Source: Yuukianura sp. NJ FZ-2021 (lineage: Eukaryota). From it: a stretch of 64,000 bases of DNA. The notes under the pieces were generated by a model. That model did no database searches, was not told the DNA's origin, and saw only the letters and a list, made by a program, of their open reading frames with translations. Both the position numbers and the translations under genes were made by a program. This document shows positions 1 to 14,100 of the stretch, piece by piece. Each line of letters starts with the position of its first letter. Position 1 is the first letter of the stretch. The stretch spans positions 8,308,001-8,372,000 of the forward strand of contig CM102290.1 of NCBI GenBank assembly GCA_046563655.1, read 5' to 3'.

Positions 1-3000
1 GTGGTCGAACACATCATAAGTTATGGATGGGACGCAGATGGAATCTCGCAGGGAAAGCGGGTTCCACATTGTTTTCTTTCCAAGTCAAACCTTGATTTCC
101 GACCGTTCTTCCCTTCGTTTTCTCCAATTTTTCAGTAATTTTATGATGACGCTACTTACGTCACCTTTCAAACATCAGTCAACACTAACAATTACGCCAA
201 ACATCAAAAATCGGCACAATTTGTTTTGTTTCTTCATGTTGAGAATATGGATTCCCTGTTTCCTTTGGAACATAAACTTCGGAATAGCTTTAGGTTGGCG
301 AATGGAGTAGTGTTGGTTGGAGATCAACTGAAGACTGGTCTGGCCATTTTGGATCGGACAAAAACTGACAGTAGTTCTAGGGAAAGTGTACATTTTTCCA
401 GTTGAGGAGCTGGGCAAGTACTAGGGTTTAAAGGAAACCATGTCAGTTGTCACAACGGGTAGCTTACAGCGTGTGTCTTTGATCTGTTTGGAGGGAGACA
501 AGGCCTAACCTAACCAATCGAGTTGTGTCCTTTAATTAGTTGAACGTTTACATTTCAATGGGTTTTAGGACCTATGGTTTCGTCACACATCACAGATCAC
601 ATGACTCTTGACTTTGAGAGCCACTCTACCAGAAGACAAAAGGAACTTTCTTTTGTTTCACCAAATACGAATCCGTTTGTCCTTTTCTCTTTTCTTTTTC
701 AGTTGACTTTTGGCACCCAATTCCAATATTTTACTCTTGGATTAATCTGCATCTCTCCAACGAAGTCGATAGTCAGAAGATAGACTTTCAGTAGAACCCC
801 AATGAGGGAAACACTTTGACGTGAATTTATCGCTCCTATTTTTCCTGTTCGTAGTAAACCTTCGCCAAAAACACTTCTTTTAAATCTCTACAAATCTGAA
901 ACAAGCTTGATACAGACGAATTCTCAGGAAACTGAAATTCAGCTCAAACTGAACGAGAAAAAAATTGAGCTGGATGTGCCTCGAGTATTTGTTTGGATTC
1001 ACTTGTTTTTTCAGCTTTCACTTGGATTCTGAGTTTGCACAAAATTTCAAATTCGGAAAATAAATATTACGGCCGCTACGGGGTTTTCTCGGTTGGAAAC
1101 TTGTGACGTTTGATAACAACAAATTGGTTTTTCATAGTTCAAGTTTGACGGGATTTTAAATCCGTTTGAACATAATATCTCCCAATTTATATATAAAAAA
1201 AAATTTGATCTTGATTTCAGTTGACGATTGAACAAAAAAAAAAAGAAAGAAATGCTGGCTTTCTACTTTCTCCTATCCTCCATCTTTCATTTCATCTTTT
1301 CAGAATTTATTTTGGCTGTATTTTGTGTGTAAAAAATTCATACCCGTTTTTACTTTTCATGTCAGTCAAGTCAAGAAAACGGAATTTGATGATGGATGCA
1401 CGTAGCAGTGCATAGCTTTTTATGTCACCATTGTCCCAGCAAGCTCTACTCAAACCTGTCAACTTCAGTTGTCCCGTCGTCATACATATTTGAAGTCTCC
1501 TTATTCCTTTTCACTTGAAATTTTAAGATCCAGAAGGAATGCTAATTTCGATTTTACAATTGAAGTGAAACCATTTCAAGTGCTACCTACTTATAACAAA
1601 TATTGGTTTTCCACAAATTCGGATTTTAAAGCAAGTAAATCATAATCCGCGCTACAAAAAAGGCACCCAGTCTTCTCATATTTTTTGAAGTATTTTTTTT
1701 GTTGTGAAGCGAAGAAAGTACCAATATTTGGCAAGGAAATGCAATTTTCGTTTACATTCTGGCACTTTGAAGGCGGTGTGTTGTAGAGACTTCAGTGCTC
1801 AAGTCTACACTTTTTGACTTTACTCGGTTGATTGGTTTTGGACGGATTGTCTAATCAAAATCTCTCCGTCATTTTCCTAAAAGCCTTTCATCCGAATGAA
1901 GGGAACGGAGCAGGAGGTCTCCAAAGTAAATTGTTTTGTCATGCTACACTACTGAAAGCAGCTCAGGCACTTCCAGCCTCCGGTTTCAAAACTGAAAGAA
2001 TCAGCGAATGAATTGGTTCCATCCGAGACTAACCTTAGCGAAAGCATCGTCGACGCAGAAAAGCACCATTTCACGACGGAGGCTCCAGAAACACAAACCT
2101 GAAGATGACTTTTTCCACGTGCCATTTCAATTTTGAAGTCCTAAAAAGAAAAAAATGGAGGACTCTCCCCTTCCGAACATTTTTAGGCGGAAGATGTTGA
2201 TATGAACGGAGTTTTTGGAAAGCTGAGGCAGCGATGTCGTCCTCGCCCTCGCCGTCGAGCCGTTAAAACCTTGTGCATTTTCAGACTAAAAAACCTTAGA
2301 TTTTGTTATCCCTGCGTCTCTGACTTTCCAATCTATTATTCCCTACACTCTGACTTTGAATACTTCACCTAAAATAACCAGAGAACTTCTGACTTGCACG
2401 AATCCCAAAATGGATTCAATTGACGTCTCTCTGCCTCCTTACTCTAAAGCCTTTCAGTGCCCATGCAGAGCAGTCAGAATCACTTGGGAATTGACACAGG
2501 TAGACACTCTCACCAAGTCACTGACGGCATCCAATCGGAAACTTAGAGAAAACTAAGGTGACATGTGAACACTTCAGTAGCCACAGCATAACTCTACTGT
2601 CCATGATAAATATTTTAGAAATGCGACGCTCAGGTAACATAATTTTCCAGGAGATTTGAACAATTTTTAGTTTACACTAGAAAAGCATGGTTGGTGGAGC
2701 GTCACAATTTGTTCCAGGACCAAAATTTATATTTAACTAAAAATAATGAAAGAAGCCTTTTTTCAATGCGTTAAACCAGTCTAGCAATTTTTCACTTCAA
2801 AAAAATTCTTGTAGTAGTCAAAATTCTTAAATGTCTGCTTCTCATTTTTCCGTTGTGTGATGCTACAATTCAGTGTCGTACTTCTCTCTGCAAAAAGAAA
2901 TCTCTCATTTTTTTTTTAAATTTTGGCATGGAGAGCGTTTTGCCAAGATTTTCTAGAACACTTCAAGAGGAAAAATTTTTGTCAGTCCATCAGAAAAGAA

Positions 3001-4773
3001 AATAATTCTTATATGCAATATTTCTTGATCCTCATTGTTGGCAAACATGAAGCTTATCTTACATTTCTGAACAATCGCCGTTTGGTGATCATTGTTTCCA
3101 GTTTTTAGCAAAATTTGGGTTGATTTTTTAAAGAATTGTGGTTGTTCGTAATGTTTTTTCCGCTTTTTGGGTCGAATTTTTGGAAAATCCGGAAAGAGTT
3201 AAGAGGTGGTCTGCCGAAGACACATGTCCAGGCTAAGGAGGTGGAAATACGAAGAAAGTGCGCGAATGAAAGAAAATGGCGGGGAAATGACAGGGGCAAT
3301 AGGGTGTGAAGATAATGTTGAGCTCAAGATGAAGATGAGGAAGAAATGCTTTTAGTATAGGTGAAACCAAAGTCCCACTGACACTTCCCCAAAGACACAA
3401 TACAAATTGAATTGGAAGTTAGTGAAGCGTCTGTTCAAATATTTGAATAAATCCCCTCCGTTTCTTCTCCTTCCTCCGAGCCAACGGCTTCTTCAAATTT
3501 CAAAATTCTAAAATTAGGACACATCTTCTAGCACCCTTAATTTTACTCCCTGATTTCAAATCTTCAAAAACGACATCTATCAAATCCGTATCATTAACAC
3601 CATCTGGGATTGTGTAATTGCAAGAATAATTCACGCTCATTTGTCTCCCTGTAAACCGTTGGCAGAAACGCCCTACACTCAAATCTTCCGCCTAATTTTA
3701 TCAGTAGTAAACTCTTATAAACTTTTACTGGAACCTCTGTTTTAATAATAAAAACAACAGCAGTGTTTTCCTTTGGAAAAAAGACATAGGGAAAGCAATC
3801 AGCGAGAAAGGTGTAGAGACACTGTACATGTTTCACATGTTTCCAGGAAGAATCCAGTATGACAAGTGACATTGTGTACTCATCCCTTGGAAACATATTG
3901 CTACAACAACTCTAACAACATCCCAAAACAACATGGACTTGACCCGAGATGTGCTTCGTCTTTTTTCTGTTCATGTTTAAAAAAAAACAAGTTGAAAAGC
4001 TTTTGCTTTGGATTTCAGAAAAGGATTTCTCTTGAGCTTGGAGTACAAGCAACAAAAAAGTCTTCGTTTTTTTCTGTTCTTTTGAAAGCCTGTTCGAATG
4101 TTTTGAAAAAGGAGGAAATGCTTTCTCGTCTATCGTTCAATTCCTGAGAGTCGACTTGTTTCAAGAGACTGAAGAGCTATTAGAGAATTGTTTTTAGAAA
4201 TGAGATCAGGAAGAGAGAGCAGTTGGAGACACTAATTCTTGTAAGCAACTCCTCAGTTTCGCTTCCATGAACCCCACTAGCAGCAACGTCTTTTTTAGAA
4301 AGCGGAAACAAAAACATGAAATCTGAGAATTTTATTCAATGGAAATCTGTTTTTTTGTTCAAAATACCCCAAAAACCGGAAGGCGTATGAATTTAGGCAT
4401 ACATATTTGGACTTTGTTATGCACTACGTTTTTCCAAGTCAAGAAGAAACGGAAGTATGGAAAGATGGCTTGCGGCAGTTTGAGTTTTTGGAGTTTGGAA
4501 AGTACTGATTTTGACTCGTTTTTTGGAAAAACGGTTTGGATATTAATTTATAGTACTTCCAGTTGCGGAAAACGGAAATGAGACGGTCCTTTTAATTCTT
4601 CGTTTGGAAACTAAAAAAGAAACTGTTGGGTTCTTGGTATTGGAAGCAGTGGGAGTTTAGCACTTTGCTAACTACTGTCATTCTTCCCCAAGGAATTCCG
4701 GAGTTTTTGGGAGACATGAGAACCTAGTTATTCCATTCTGTCTCACTTCCTTCTTCCACAACTTTCCCAGCAG

Positions 4774-4994
4774 ATGCTTTTGAATCTTCCCTCTCTGAGA
4801 CATGGAATCATTCACGAGGAAACGAAGGGGAACGGAGTTTGGAAGTTCCAACTGGAACGGAACTTACACCAAGTGACAATGTCTCCAGAAACAACTTCAA
4901 AGAAAAACCACCCTCTGGAGACAGTCGGTGTCCATTTAAATTTGGAACTGGAACGACCGACTTCATCTGTCCTTCACACCTCCGGCGACAACAT
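4774..4994 (+). CDS. Possible further upstream exon of the RAVER-like gene
   Basis: cccagcag|AT GCT TTT GAA...CGA CAA CAT|gtatca: open frame (AFESSLSETWNHSRGNEG...FICPSHLRRQH) ending in phase 0, compatible with 5398. No recognisable homology, so speculative. Confidence 0.25.
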
Positions 4995-5397
4995 GTATCA
5001 CACCGTCACTTGTGTTGTTTCGTCCACCTTGAAAACCGTGGGAGTCGAGCGGAAGTCACTGACCTTTAGGCACAATTTCTTATGTTTCCATTGTTGTAGT
5101 TTTAGTCGTTATGTTAACATAAAAGGATTTTTTTGATTCTCAAGGAACGACGGGAAACGTTCAGTGGGAGCATGGAAGGAGGTGAACTTAAAGTCGTTTC
5201 TTAGTTCCCACTGCGAAGTGTCTGAATTCATCCCACGAACTAATAAGACATTTCAACATGCGTCATTTTCTCAAAGTCAACCTATTGACTGTGTTGCATG
5301 TCAGCATCCTAAAAATGATGAGTTGTGTTTGACAATTGTAATTTATTATGAATTTGATCTTGAAGAGACAGTTGTTGTACTTGAACGTTTGTTTCAG

Positions 5398-5449
5398 GAT
5401 CAAACGTTGAGTGAAATGCACGACTCTTTGAAGCGGTCAGTTGCCAAGA
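5398..5449 (+). CDS. Candidate 52-nt exon of the RAVER-like gene (helix before RRM1)
   Basis: gtttcag|GAT CAA ACG...GCC AAG A|gtaatt encodes DQTLSEMHDSLKRSVAK and ends in phase 1, matching the phase-1 start of exon 8059-8114. Confidence 0.4.
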
Positions 5450-8058
5450 GTAATTTGGCTCAGCCAATCATTGCTCCGTTGACCACTTTGCTTGATCCTC
5501 AAGCAAAGAGCTTTTTGTTCTATTTTTAGAAGATTCGAAGGCAAGGAAACCTTCCAGAATCGGCAATAAGTTCCAGTTAGTGACACGTAAATATGGTTCA
5601 CATAGGTTCTAGTACAAGGGAGTTCTGTACTTGTAGGAAATTGGAATTTGATTCAGTGTGTATACAAAGGAAAAGTTCAAAGAGACTTTCTCCAATGCGA
5701 ACGGCGGGATGATCGCTTCGTTTAAGGCTCATTTTTACTCTAATTGCTTTCAATTGAATCTATAATTCAAGTTTTACTTTCACTTTTTTATTCTGTACGC
5801 TTTGAACTAAAAAGTACATGTCACTTTCAAAAATGAAATTCAAAATTTCAAAAATTCACAATAGCCTTTGTAGGAATTCTTGTTTTTTAATTTCCAAAAT
5901 TCAAGCTAATCAAAAAACTTTCACCGTTGGATGCTACATAGTTGTAAAACTTAAATCAACATTCTCTTCCAAGTTTTAAGAATAAGTGGGCAGGGATCTC
6001 TATCATTAACAGCCTTAATTCATTCCCTGGAAAAACTCAGACAAAATCAAGTTTGAATGGAAAATTAACATGAAAAAGAAAGCTGCAGGATCCAAAGGGT
6101 TGAAAATTCTCAAAGAATTTCTTATACTACGCAGTATGAAACTTTATTCAGGTTTAGACAAGAACGACTAGATTCATCTTTCCATTGCTCATTTTTTCCC
6201 TCTTAGTGCGAACGAACTGCACAAAATGGTAAAATTCTAACACTGTAGCATGACTTTTATGCTTTAGGAAGACGTTGCTGGATACTTTGAAGGAACAAGA
6301 GCAGAAGTGAATCCCACTTAATTCGCCCTTAGCATTTGATTTAATTAAAACGAATTTTCCCTGGAGAAGATAATGGAATCTTCGGGAGCAATCTCTGTCT
6401 TAATCCTTTAAAAGAATTTTCAACTCCCGCTGATCAAGCTGTTTGCACAAAATTAAAAGACACACAATATTACATTTTTTAATTTGAGTTAAATTTTTTT
6501 GTTATCCCCAAGGTTGCTATAGCAACGGAATTGTTTTGATTTAAGAGGTTTCGAGGTTTGGCAATAAGTCCTGTTTACGAAAAAATTCGCTCCAAACAAT
6601 TTTTTCGCATGGTGAACCAAGTTTTGCAAATTTTTAAACAAAATTTAAAACGCTTGCGTTATTGCCTAACCTGTTGAAGAAAAAACTATTTTTTTGTTTA
6701 CAAACCTTGGTTATCCCCAAGCTACAAATGAAGTGTGAGTCAGTAGCGCTGTGTGCCAGTAAGAAGAAAGAATGTTTGAATTAGCCAAGTTCAGTGTAAC
6801 GTCTTGCATCTTACGTCATTCTCATCTTCATTTGATCCCGTTACTAACCTGTATTTATTCTGTCTCTTCAAAATGGTCGGTGTACCGTAAGTGTGTGGTA
6901 CACATCCGACGGGTAACCACGATACAAATGTGGTTATGGCCTTTATAAATATTCATACTGCATGCAGTACTTAAGCCCAACTGGGTTCAACTAAAGTACC
7001 TAATTGTAGAATCCCGTTGTCTTAATTTCTCTACTTTTTTCAAGCCTATTTTATGAATCATGAACCGCCGATGAGTTTAAATTTAGCCTAATCCATTCTC
7101 TCCTATGTTCTCTTTGGAAGTTTTTATTCAGAAAGGATTAAATTTTGCTTGTGTTTACAATTTTGTTGTGTCTTGGGTGCAAATTTTGGTTGGCGGAGAA
7201 GCTTAGATGGCGAAGGTTTGTATGAAAAGTGCAGGAAAGACGGCATGGAGTAACTAATTGTAGTTGAGCCACAATATTTCCTGGGGAACTGAATTCTACC
7301 AGGAGATCATCTTCATCTCGAGACGATGGAAATGGCTGCGGCGGCGTTCGTGGCGGGGAAGCTATGTGTGTTTAAATGAGAGATTCAGTTGGCAGATGAT
7401 GATTTGTGTGTCTTTAAATAGCTAGCTGCCAGTCTTTGTCACCGCCAATAACACTCCCGCCCTGGCTTCAACATCGTCTTTCCCTATTCTCTCCTGAACT
7501 TTTCAAAGTTTGCATTCCATTCCTTCCAAGAGAAATCCAAGACATGCGTGTATTACTTTTTTAAAGTAAAATCGGATAGAGTTTGCAATCTATGCATTCT
7601 CATATTAGAAGTAAAGTTTAGACGTAAAGTTCTTATTAGAAGTAAAATTTATAAACATTTTTTGCAACAGTCATGCTCTCCAAATTAGCTAACGTGTAAC
7701 TTTATGAAATAAATTTACACGTGTAGAAGAGAAATTTGTGTGGGGGAGCCATTCAATAATTTTCCTTTCACCAATTGGATCTTTTGAAGCAGACGTGAAT
7801 AGGTGTATAACGTAATTATTTTCAAAAGGGAAATGGGAATGAGGAGAAGAAAATGTTATGAGGTGGCGTGTAGCTTTTATTTTCTCTCTTTTTTCTCCAA
7901 TTAGTTGTAATCATTTTCAGTGTCAGTGCTCTTGTGAAAAGGTTAGGTTTGTGAAAAGTTTCCGTGGAAACACCTTCCAAGGAAGTCCTTGTTCTATGTT
8001 CTGCCAAAATGGTCCATTGACTACAGCTTCTCTGGCACCATTACATTGTCTTCTGTAG

Positions 8059-8114
8059 TCCCAGAGAAAGCGTTCATCCTGCATCGACTTCCTTCCGAAG
8101 CAGTTCAAGTGCAA
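8059..8114 (+). CDS. Candidate 56-nt exon of the RAVER-like gene (RRM1 beta1/RNP2 region)
   Basis: ttctgtag|TC CCA GAG AAA GCG TTC ATC CTG CAT CGA CTT CCT...GTG CAA|gtgggt encodes PEKAFILHRLPSEAVQVQ and joins in phase 0 to ELREVLG (20529), paralleling Raver1 [21 protein letters not shown]. Confidence 0.6.
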
Positions 8115-11100
8115 GTGGGTGTCAAACGCCTCGAACAAACCAAAATCGGCTTCACTTTCTTCTTCTCTCGTCCAATTTTTATTTGTTTTTCACATAAAAA
8201 ATGTCGTTATAATCTCGATACAGTTAAAAATGTTTCAAAAAGTTCAATCTGAAAAGGTCAAATATCATATACCTAGCCTTTCACCAAACGAGAATTCACG
8301 ATACATGGAACATGGATGGAACAAACTTAAAGTACTGAAGTTACCCGAAGACTCAATTTCCCCCCGAAGCCCAAGTTTTTGGTTTCAATGTTCCGATACA
8401 ATTTCGACGAAAAATTGAATAATACAGCATAAAATTTAAAAAAAATTGTTTAAAAAAAAGAAAAAGCAGAAGGTTTGAATTTAAAAAGTAAAGTTAGTTT
8501 GGATCCCGTGTGGAGCTGTGGAGTCATGCCCCCATGCTGAACTAGTAGTACTGTGTGTACTTAAAGTCTGAAATGCTGGATATTGCTTTTATTTAAGTAA
8601 ACATAAGGAACTGATAGGTTTCACGAAATTAGATTTGAGTTGCGCTTGTTGTGACTTTCTTTTGGAGCCACAAACTTTGGAGAGAAGGAGAAAGTGGGAA
8701 GTTTCAAAGTGGAGAAAGTCTCCTTCTTCGTGGAAAACGTAAAAAGGCAGGGAAACTTGTTGCGAGATGATGCCATCTAACAAGTGCTTCCCATTGTACA
8801 CTTCCTTCCACCTTTCACGGTCTCACCACTCACATTTTACACACAATCCGTCGTCTATTGCCTCACTTGTACTCCATGTTCCAAAAGTTGTGCTAAAAAG
8901 TCAATTTTTTTTTAAATTTGGAAATTTATAGCTTTAACGAGTTTTTGCACACAAAAACATTTGAAAAGGCAATAAAAAGTACTATAAAAGCTTTCACATT
9001 TTTGCCAATTTTTAATGGTAAGAAAGGGTAGGCAATGTTTGATTCTATAAAGTATTCAGCATGTTTTTGCATGTTCAATGTATTTTAGAAATATTTTCAC
9101 TGCTGTCTTTGTTTACGCCCATTTTGGAACATAGTGTACACACCAAAAACTGATTTGAAAATAAAAAGCTGAAAAGGCTTAGAATATTTTTTTAAAGTTG
9201 ATACTTCTTCTTTTGTTGAGTTCTACACCAAAATCATTGTATTTTTTTGAGAGTGAATAAATTAAAACAGAATTCAGGGTGTTTTTTTTTCTTTCTTTTT
9301 ATGAGAAATTTTTTGTGAAAGGAATTGAATAGAAGGCGTACTGCTACTGTAAGTTAGGCCTTCGACATGAAAGAAACTGAGTGAGAATGCGAAACTGCCT
9401 ACTGACTTTCTTTTCTTTTGACGCAGAAGAAGAAATTTGATACAAATGGGAGGAAACTTTGGTCTTGATCATCAATGGTGTTGGTTCTATTCATTTCCTA
9501 TTCTTGCCACGCCGTACAATTCTTTCCCTCACTTTTTCTAATTCAATCCAGTTCCATTGGAAGGTTATTCATTTCCCAAAATGTCATTTATTTTAGGCTG
9601 AAATCCGAATCGAAAATCCGAAAATCTAAAATTCCATTTAACATTTTGCAAAAATTACAATACACGCCAATGGGTTTTAGTTTTAATCGAAGTTCGTGCC
9701 CATTAAAACACATTTTAAGTGATTTGGTTCTAGTACAAAACGGCAGTTATCGTAGAATTTTGAAGCGACTGTTGCTTAGAGATGACATTTGAAAACAGTG
9801 GTGACAATGGAGTGCCAAGCATATTTTTAAGTGACGCAAACTCCTTGTCCGTTTCCTTTTGCTTATGGTCCTTTGGGCTTCTGTCATGCATAGTACCAAC
9901 AAATCCTCGAGGCAGTGAAGACTTTTACGCTTGAGCTCCACTTTCCAAAGAAAACTCTCATGAAAAAATCTAAAATGCAATTTTCCCAACATTCATTTTC
10001 CGACTAAGAAAATCAAGTCCCGTGGCTCCTGGATCGTATACAGTACGAACCAGAAATACCAAAGCTACACTGCAATACTAAAGCCTGGAGCCCTAGGCTA
10101 TCAAAACTGTTCTAACAAAGGAACTTATCATTTCGCCTCAATTCAAACTGAATAGAAAGGGCTTATGCACAACTCAGAGAGAAAATAGTTCAAAAATAAG
10201 AAATTTGTGGAAAGCTGAATTTGAAACGTGAAAGTTATGAAGTGGTGAGAGAAAGTGAAATGCTTGCGTCCTTTTAAGCTCCATGTTCTAATTCCTTTGA
10301 TTTGAAGAAAGGAAGGAGTAGGGTTTAGTTGGAAATGGATCCAATTTCTAGAAGTCAAAGAAGAACGGTCTGATTTCCCTCGAAACTTTGAATTTGATTC
10401 AATCAGAATCATAATGAAAAGAGAAATGTTCTGAATCTACTTTTAGTTTTAAAGGGGTGACAAGGCTTCAAATCCTATGTTCTCTCTAGCTAAGTTATTT
10501 CATAATTCCTGAAACTTGTGCAAACTTTCACTTTGTTCAAACTGATATGAACTTTAGAAGTTATGGAAATAACGGGTCTGTCAGAATCCATCCACCACAC
10601 TGCTACTTTTTACTTCACTTTATTATATCACTCCAAAGTTGGAATTCCTTCAACTCTGTTCCAGATCCTCTAAACTTGTAGAATTTTCGTAATGATTTTA
10701 TTCTGCAAAAAAAGTTTTTGAACCGAAAAGTCAGGAAGACGCATTAGGTTTTACTTTTGTTTAAAACTGTCCAATTATACAATGACAATGACGAGGTCTA
10801 ATTTTGGAAACTTTTTCCCCGTAGTTTCCACTTTTACTGTTGCTGTAGAATTGGAGAAAAGAAAAAGATTTTTTTTAAATTCACGATTGCAAACTATGTT
10901 TCATATGATGTAAATTAAAATTAAGTAATTAAAATAAACACCGTGTTTGAAACCTTTGTTTAAAATCTTCCAAAAAATGTTGAATTTGTTACAAAGTCAC
11001 CACTTTTTTCAATCATCGCGTTGAGTTCCAACTAAAGAACGGGAAAAAGAAATTTTATAGAAAAAGATGTCCAAGGCTTAAAATTCAAAAACGTGAATAA

Positions 11101-14100
11101 CGTGCACCGGAAGGATAAAGAAAAATTTGAGAAGAATTTTTTTAGATACTCCAATTTGTTGTTTTTGGCATATGAAAAAGTTGGCGGAAAGTGGACGCTA
11201 GCCTATGGAAATGATCCGTGATACTATGATCAAGTCCAATTGAATTTCCTAGGAGAAAATCTTTGAGAGAAAATTGAGTTTTCGATGGAGTTTTTTTTCC
11301 ATGAAAAGGAAAATATTCGTTTGAAAAAGAAATGATAAGGTATGTCCGGTGAACGTAGTAGGTACTTAAGGCTCCCTTTGGAGTCCTTTGGTGTCTTTTG
11401 TTGTACTTCTGCGGGCCTCTGGTGAAAGTAGGGGATGAGACCGGCTAATAAATTCCATCAGCTGAGCCTTAAGGCTTCAATTAATGCCCGGAAATCCGCT
11501 TTCCGCTGGACTTGGTAACTCTAATCATGCAATTCACTGGAGAGTTTCAGTGAACTTAGGACACTCAAATCCTCTCCTACATTTCTTCATCCTCGAATCC
11601 TGAATTTAGCAAATCTCTCGATTGATGAAACGGTCCTCTAGATTCCGGAGATTTACTTTGTACTTTGATTCAGCCTTTCTGGAGTCCACGTCTGCCAGGG
11701 ACTTAATTAGAACACAATCTCATGGAGATCCGAGGGACAGATGAGCGCTAAGCTGCAGATCAAAAATCACTTTGCTTTTTAATCACCAAAAATCTTCACT
11801 CATTTCAAAAGTTTCAGTATTTCCCGGGGGAAAATTAACTTAAGCTATGCTAAAAATTTCTAATTTTCAATTTTCAACTTACCAGAAAAATCCTGAAGCT
11901 TTCCATTAATTTCTGTGTTTCAGTGCGCAATCTGTTTAGTGCAAATGAGTTTTCTCTTTTTTAAGAAAGAGAAAACTGTTTGTTTTTGTATTTTTTTTTA
12001 CGTAAAACGTTTTAATTGTCTTGCGTCAACGCAAGTGATCTTTAGAAACTATAATTTAATGAAAATATGTCCGGATGGAACGCTAGAGACTTGAATTGTT
12101 CCTATTGATCATATTGTTCTGTTTGTGAGCCTCGACTCAAGTACCTCGAGGACACGTCCAAATGAAGACAAATCCAAGCCAAAACTCAACAAATTCCTTT
12201 AGCATTTGTAGTTTCATTCACCGAATCTTGTTTTCTCTTCTTACATTTCAGATATCAAATCCAGCTCCCATCTAATTCCCATCAACTTAGGAACCTAGTT
12301 TAACGAACCTAACCTTTCACAAGGTGAACTTCAAAAGAAAATGGAGGGACTGATTATCCCAATTCCATATTCCACATCACCAGGCGAAAAGCATCCGGAA
12401 CAAAAGGAGGTTTAAAAGGAAGCCTCGAAGATGATCTCTTACTTTCACCAATTCCAACGTCAAATGAGATCTTGATTATGAATCAACACGCAACCCCTTT
12501 GGATCTGCGCGTTGAATTTCGGCTAGATCCAACTTTCGAATTAGTCATGTACTACTACACAATGTGTGTGGTAGCTCAAAAATGTTGTTTGAGGTTGCCT
12601 TTGTCGGGATCTACTCCGATGTCTCGAAATTGAAAAGATAGTTCCCGCTGGCTTGGTTCCAAAGTGCAGTAGGAAGGTCCAATAATAAGTTTGTGCAGAA
12701 CTCAAGTGGATGGAAAAGAACGAGTAGACGCCACGTTTTGAAACGAAATCATTTTGCAAGATTTAATTTGCGTTGTGTTGAAGGGCTCATTTCATGAGGG
12801 GAGTGTTTGTGGCTTGTGTGAATGGGGAACAGAGTGTATTGTGGACAAGTGATGAAAGCGGCAGAGTGAAAGTGAAGAGAGACGTGTGGGGAGAGCACTC
12901 GTGCTTTCACTTCCTTCTGCTGTCAGAGTTGTGTTAGGCTGTTTGTTCTAACCAGAAGATTCTAGTGGCCCTAAGTGTTTTGGATGCTGAGCAGGGGCAA
13001 GATGAGATTGTTTAATTCTGACGCCAAAGTTGCAGTCGTGAATATGGCGGGGATTTTGATTGGTTGGGTTTTGGGAAGTGGGAGATTAGAAATGTTTGGT
13101 TTTGTCTTCCGCCTTGTGGCTTTCTCCTGGCCTTCCAGTAGAACAACTTGAGCTCTCTCCCTTTGCTAGACTTTAATTATTAGGCAGTTTTGATGAGATG
13201 TAGCGAAAGCCAAGTGCCATGTGGCTTTTCCTTGACGAAACTCATCTGGTTCGAGGCCGTGAAGCATTCGGAATTGGCATTTGGCCCTCTGCCCTTCACG
13301 TTCACTTTCAAATCCAGATTCAACAGAGTGGTTGAGTCCCCAAAATCAAATAACCCCCTGCCACACTCAAATATTTCCAAGGAAATTAACTCAATTTCCA
13401 AAATCCTAAACGAATTACGACGCTAGTGACAAGTTCAAGAGACTTTACTTTACTTCACTCCACCACGTACGAAGGTCTAATTTGGTGCTTTGAACAGTCA
13501 GTATTCTCCAACGGTTTTTTGAACTGGGTTGTAATGTGTAGTTACGATGAACGCTCATTTCTGAAATTGCTTTTTTGAATCTGTAAATTGAAATTATTGC
13601 AAAAGGTAATTGAAATTGTGCTTTATTTCGAGTTTCATGAATTTTAAGTCCAAAATGACAACCGTGTAATATTTGCTTTAGGCATAAGAATTGGGCTCAT
13701 CGACCCCGTAAAAAGTAAGCCACATCTTTTCGTAGCTCAAACCTTCCCTCCTTTGATAGTACGTGCGCGTCACTGTGTCTTTTCTGGAAATCAAATCTGT
13801 AGATCGCATTGACAAGGCAAACATCTCCGAGACAGCTCTTCATTTGATTTGGGTTTTCTCTCACTTTCACTCTCATAAACCGCATACTCTGAATGCCTCC
13901 ACAAAACATGTTTCAAAATGCAAAATGTCAGAACAAACCAACTCTAGAATAACATTTTCTTGCTACTGACAGAGTGCAAACCTAACTTAAAATATAGACA
14001 CCCTTAGCATAACTTAAACTAGCTCCAAATTTTGAAAAAAAAAATTATTCACTGTGGATTGTAAGTTTTTTTTTATGAACTTGAATACTTTTATATATGC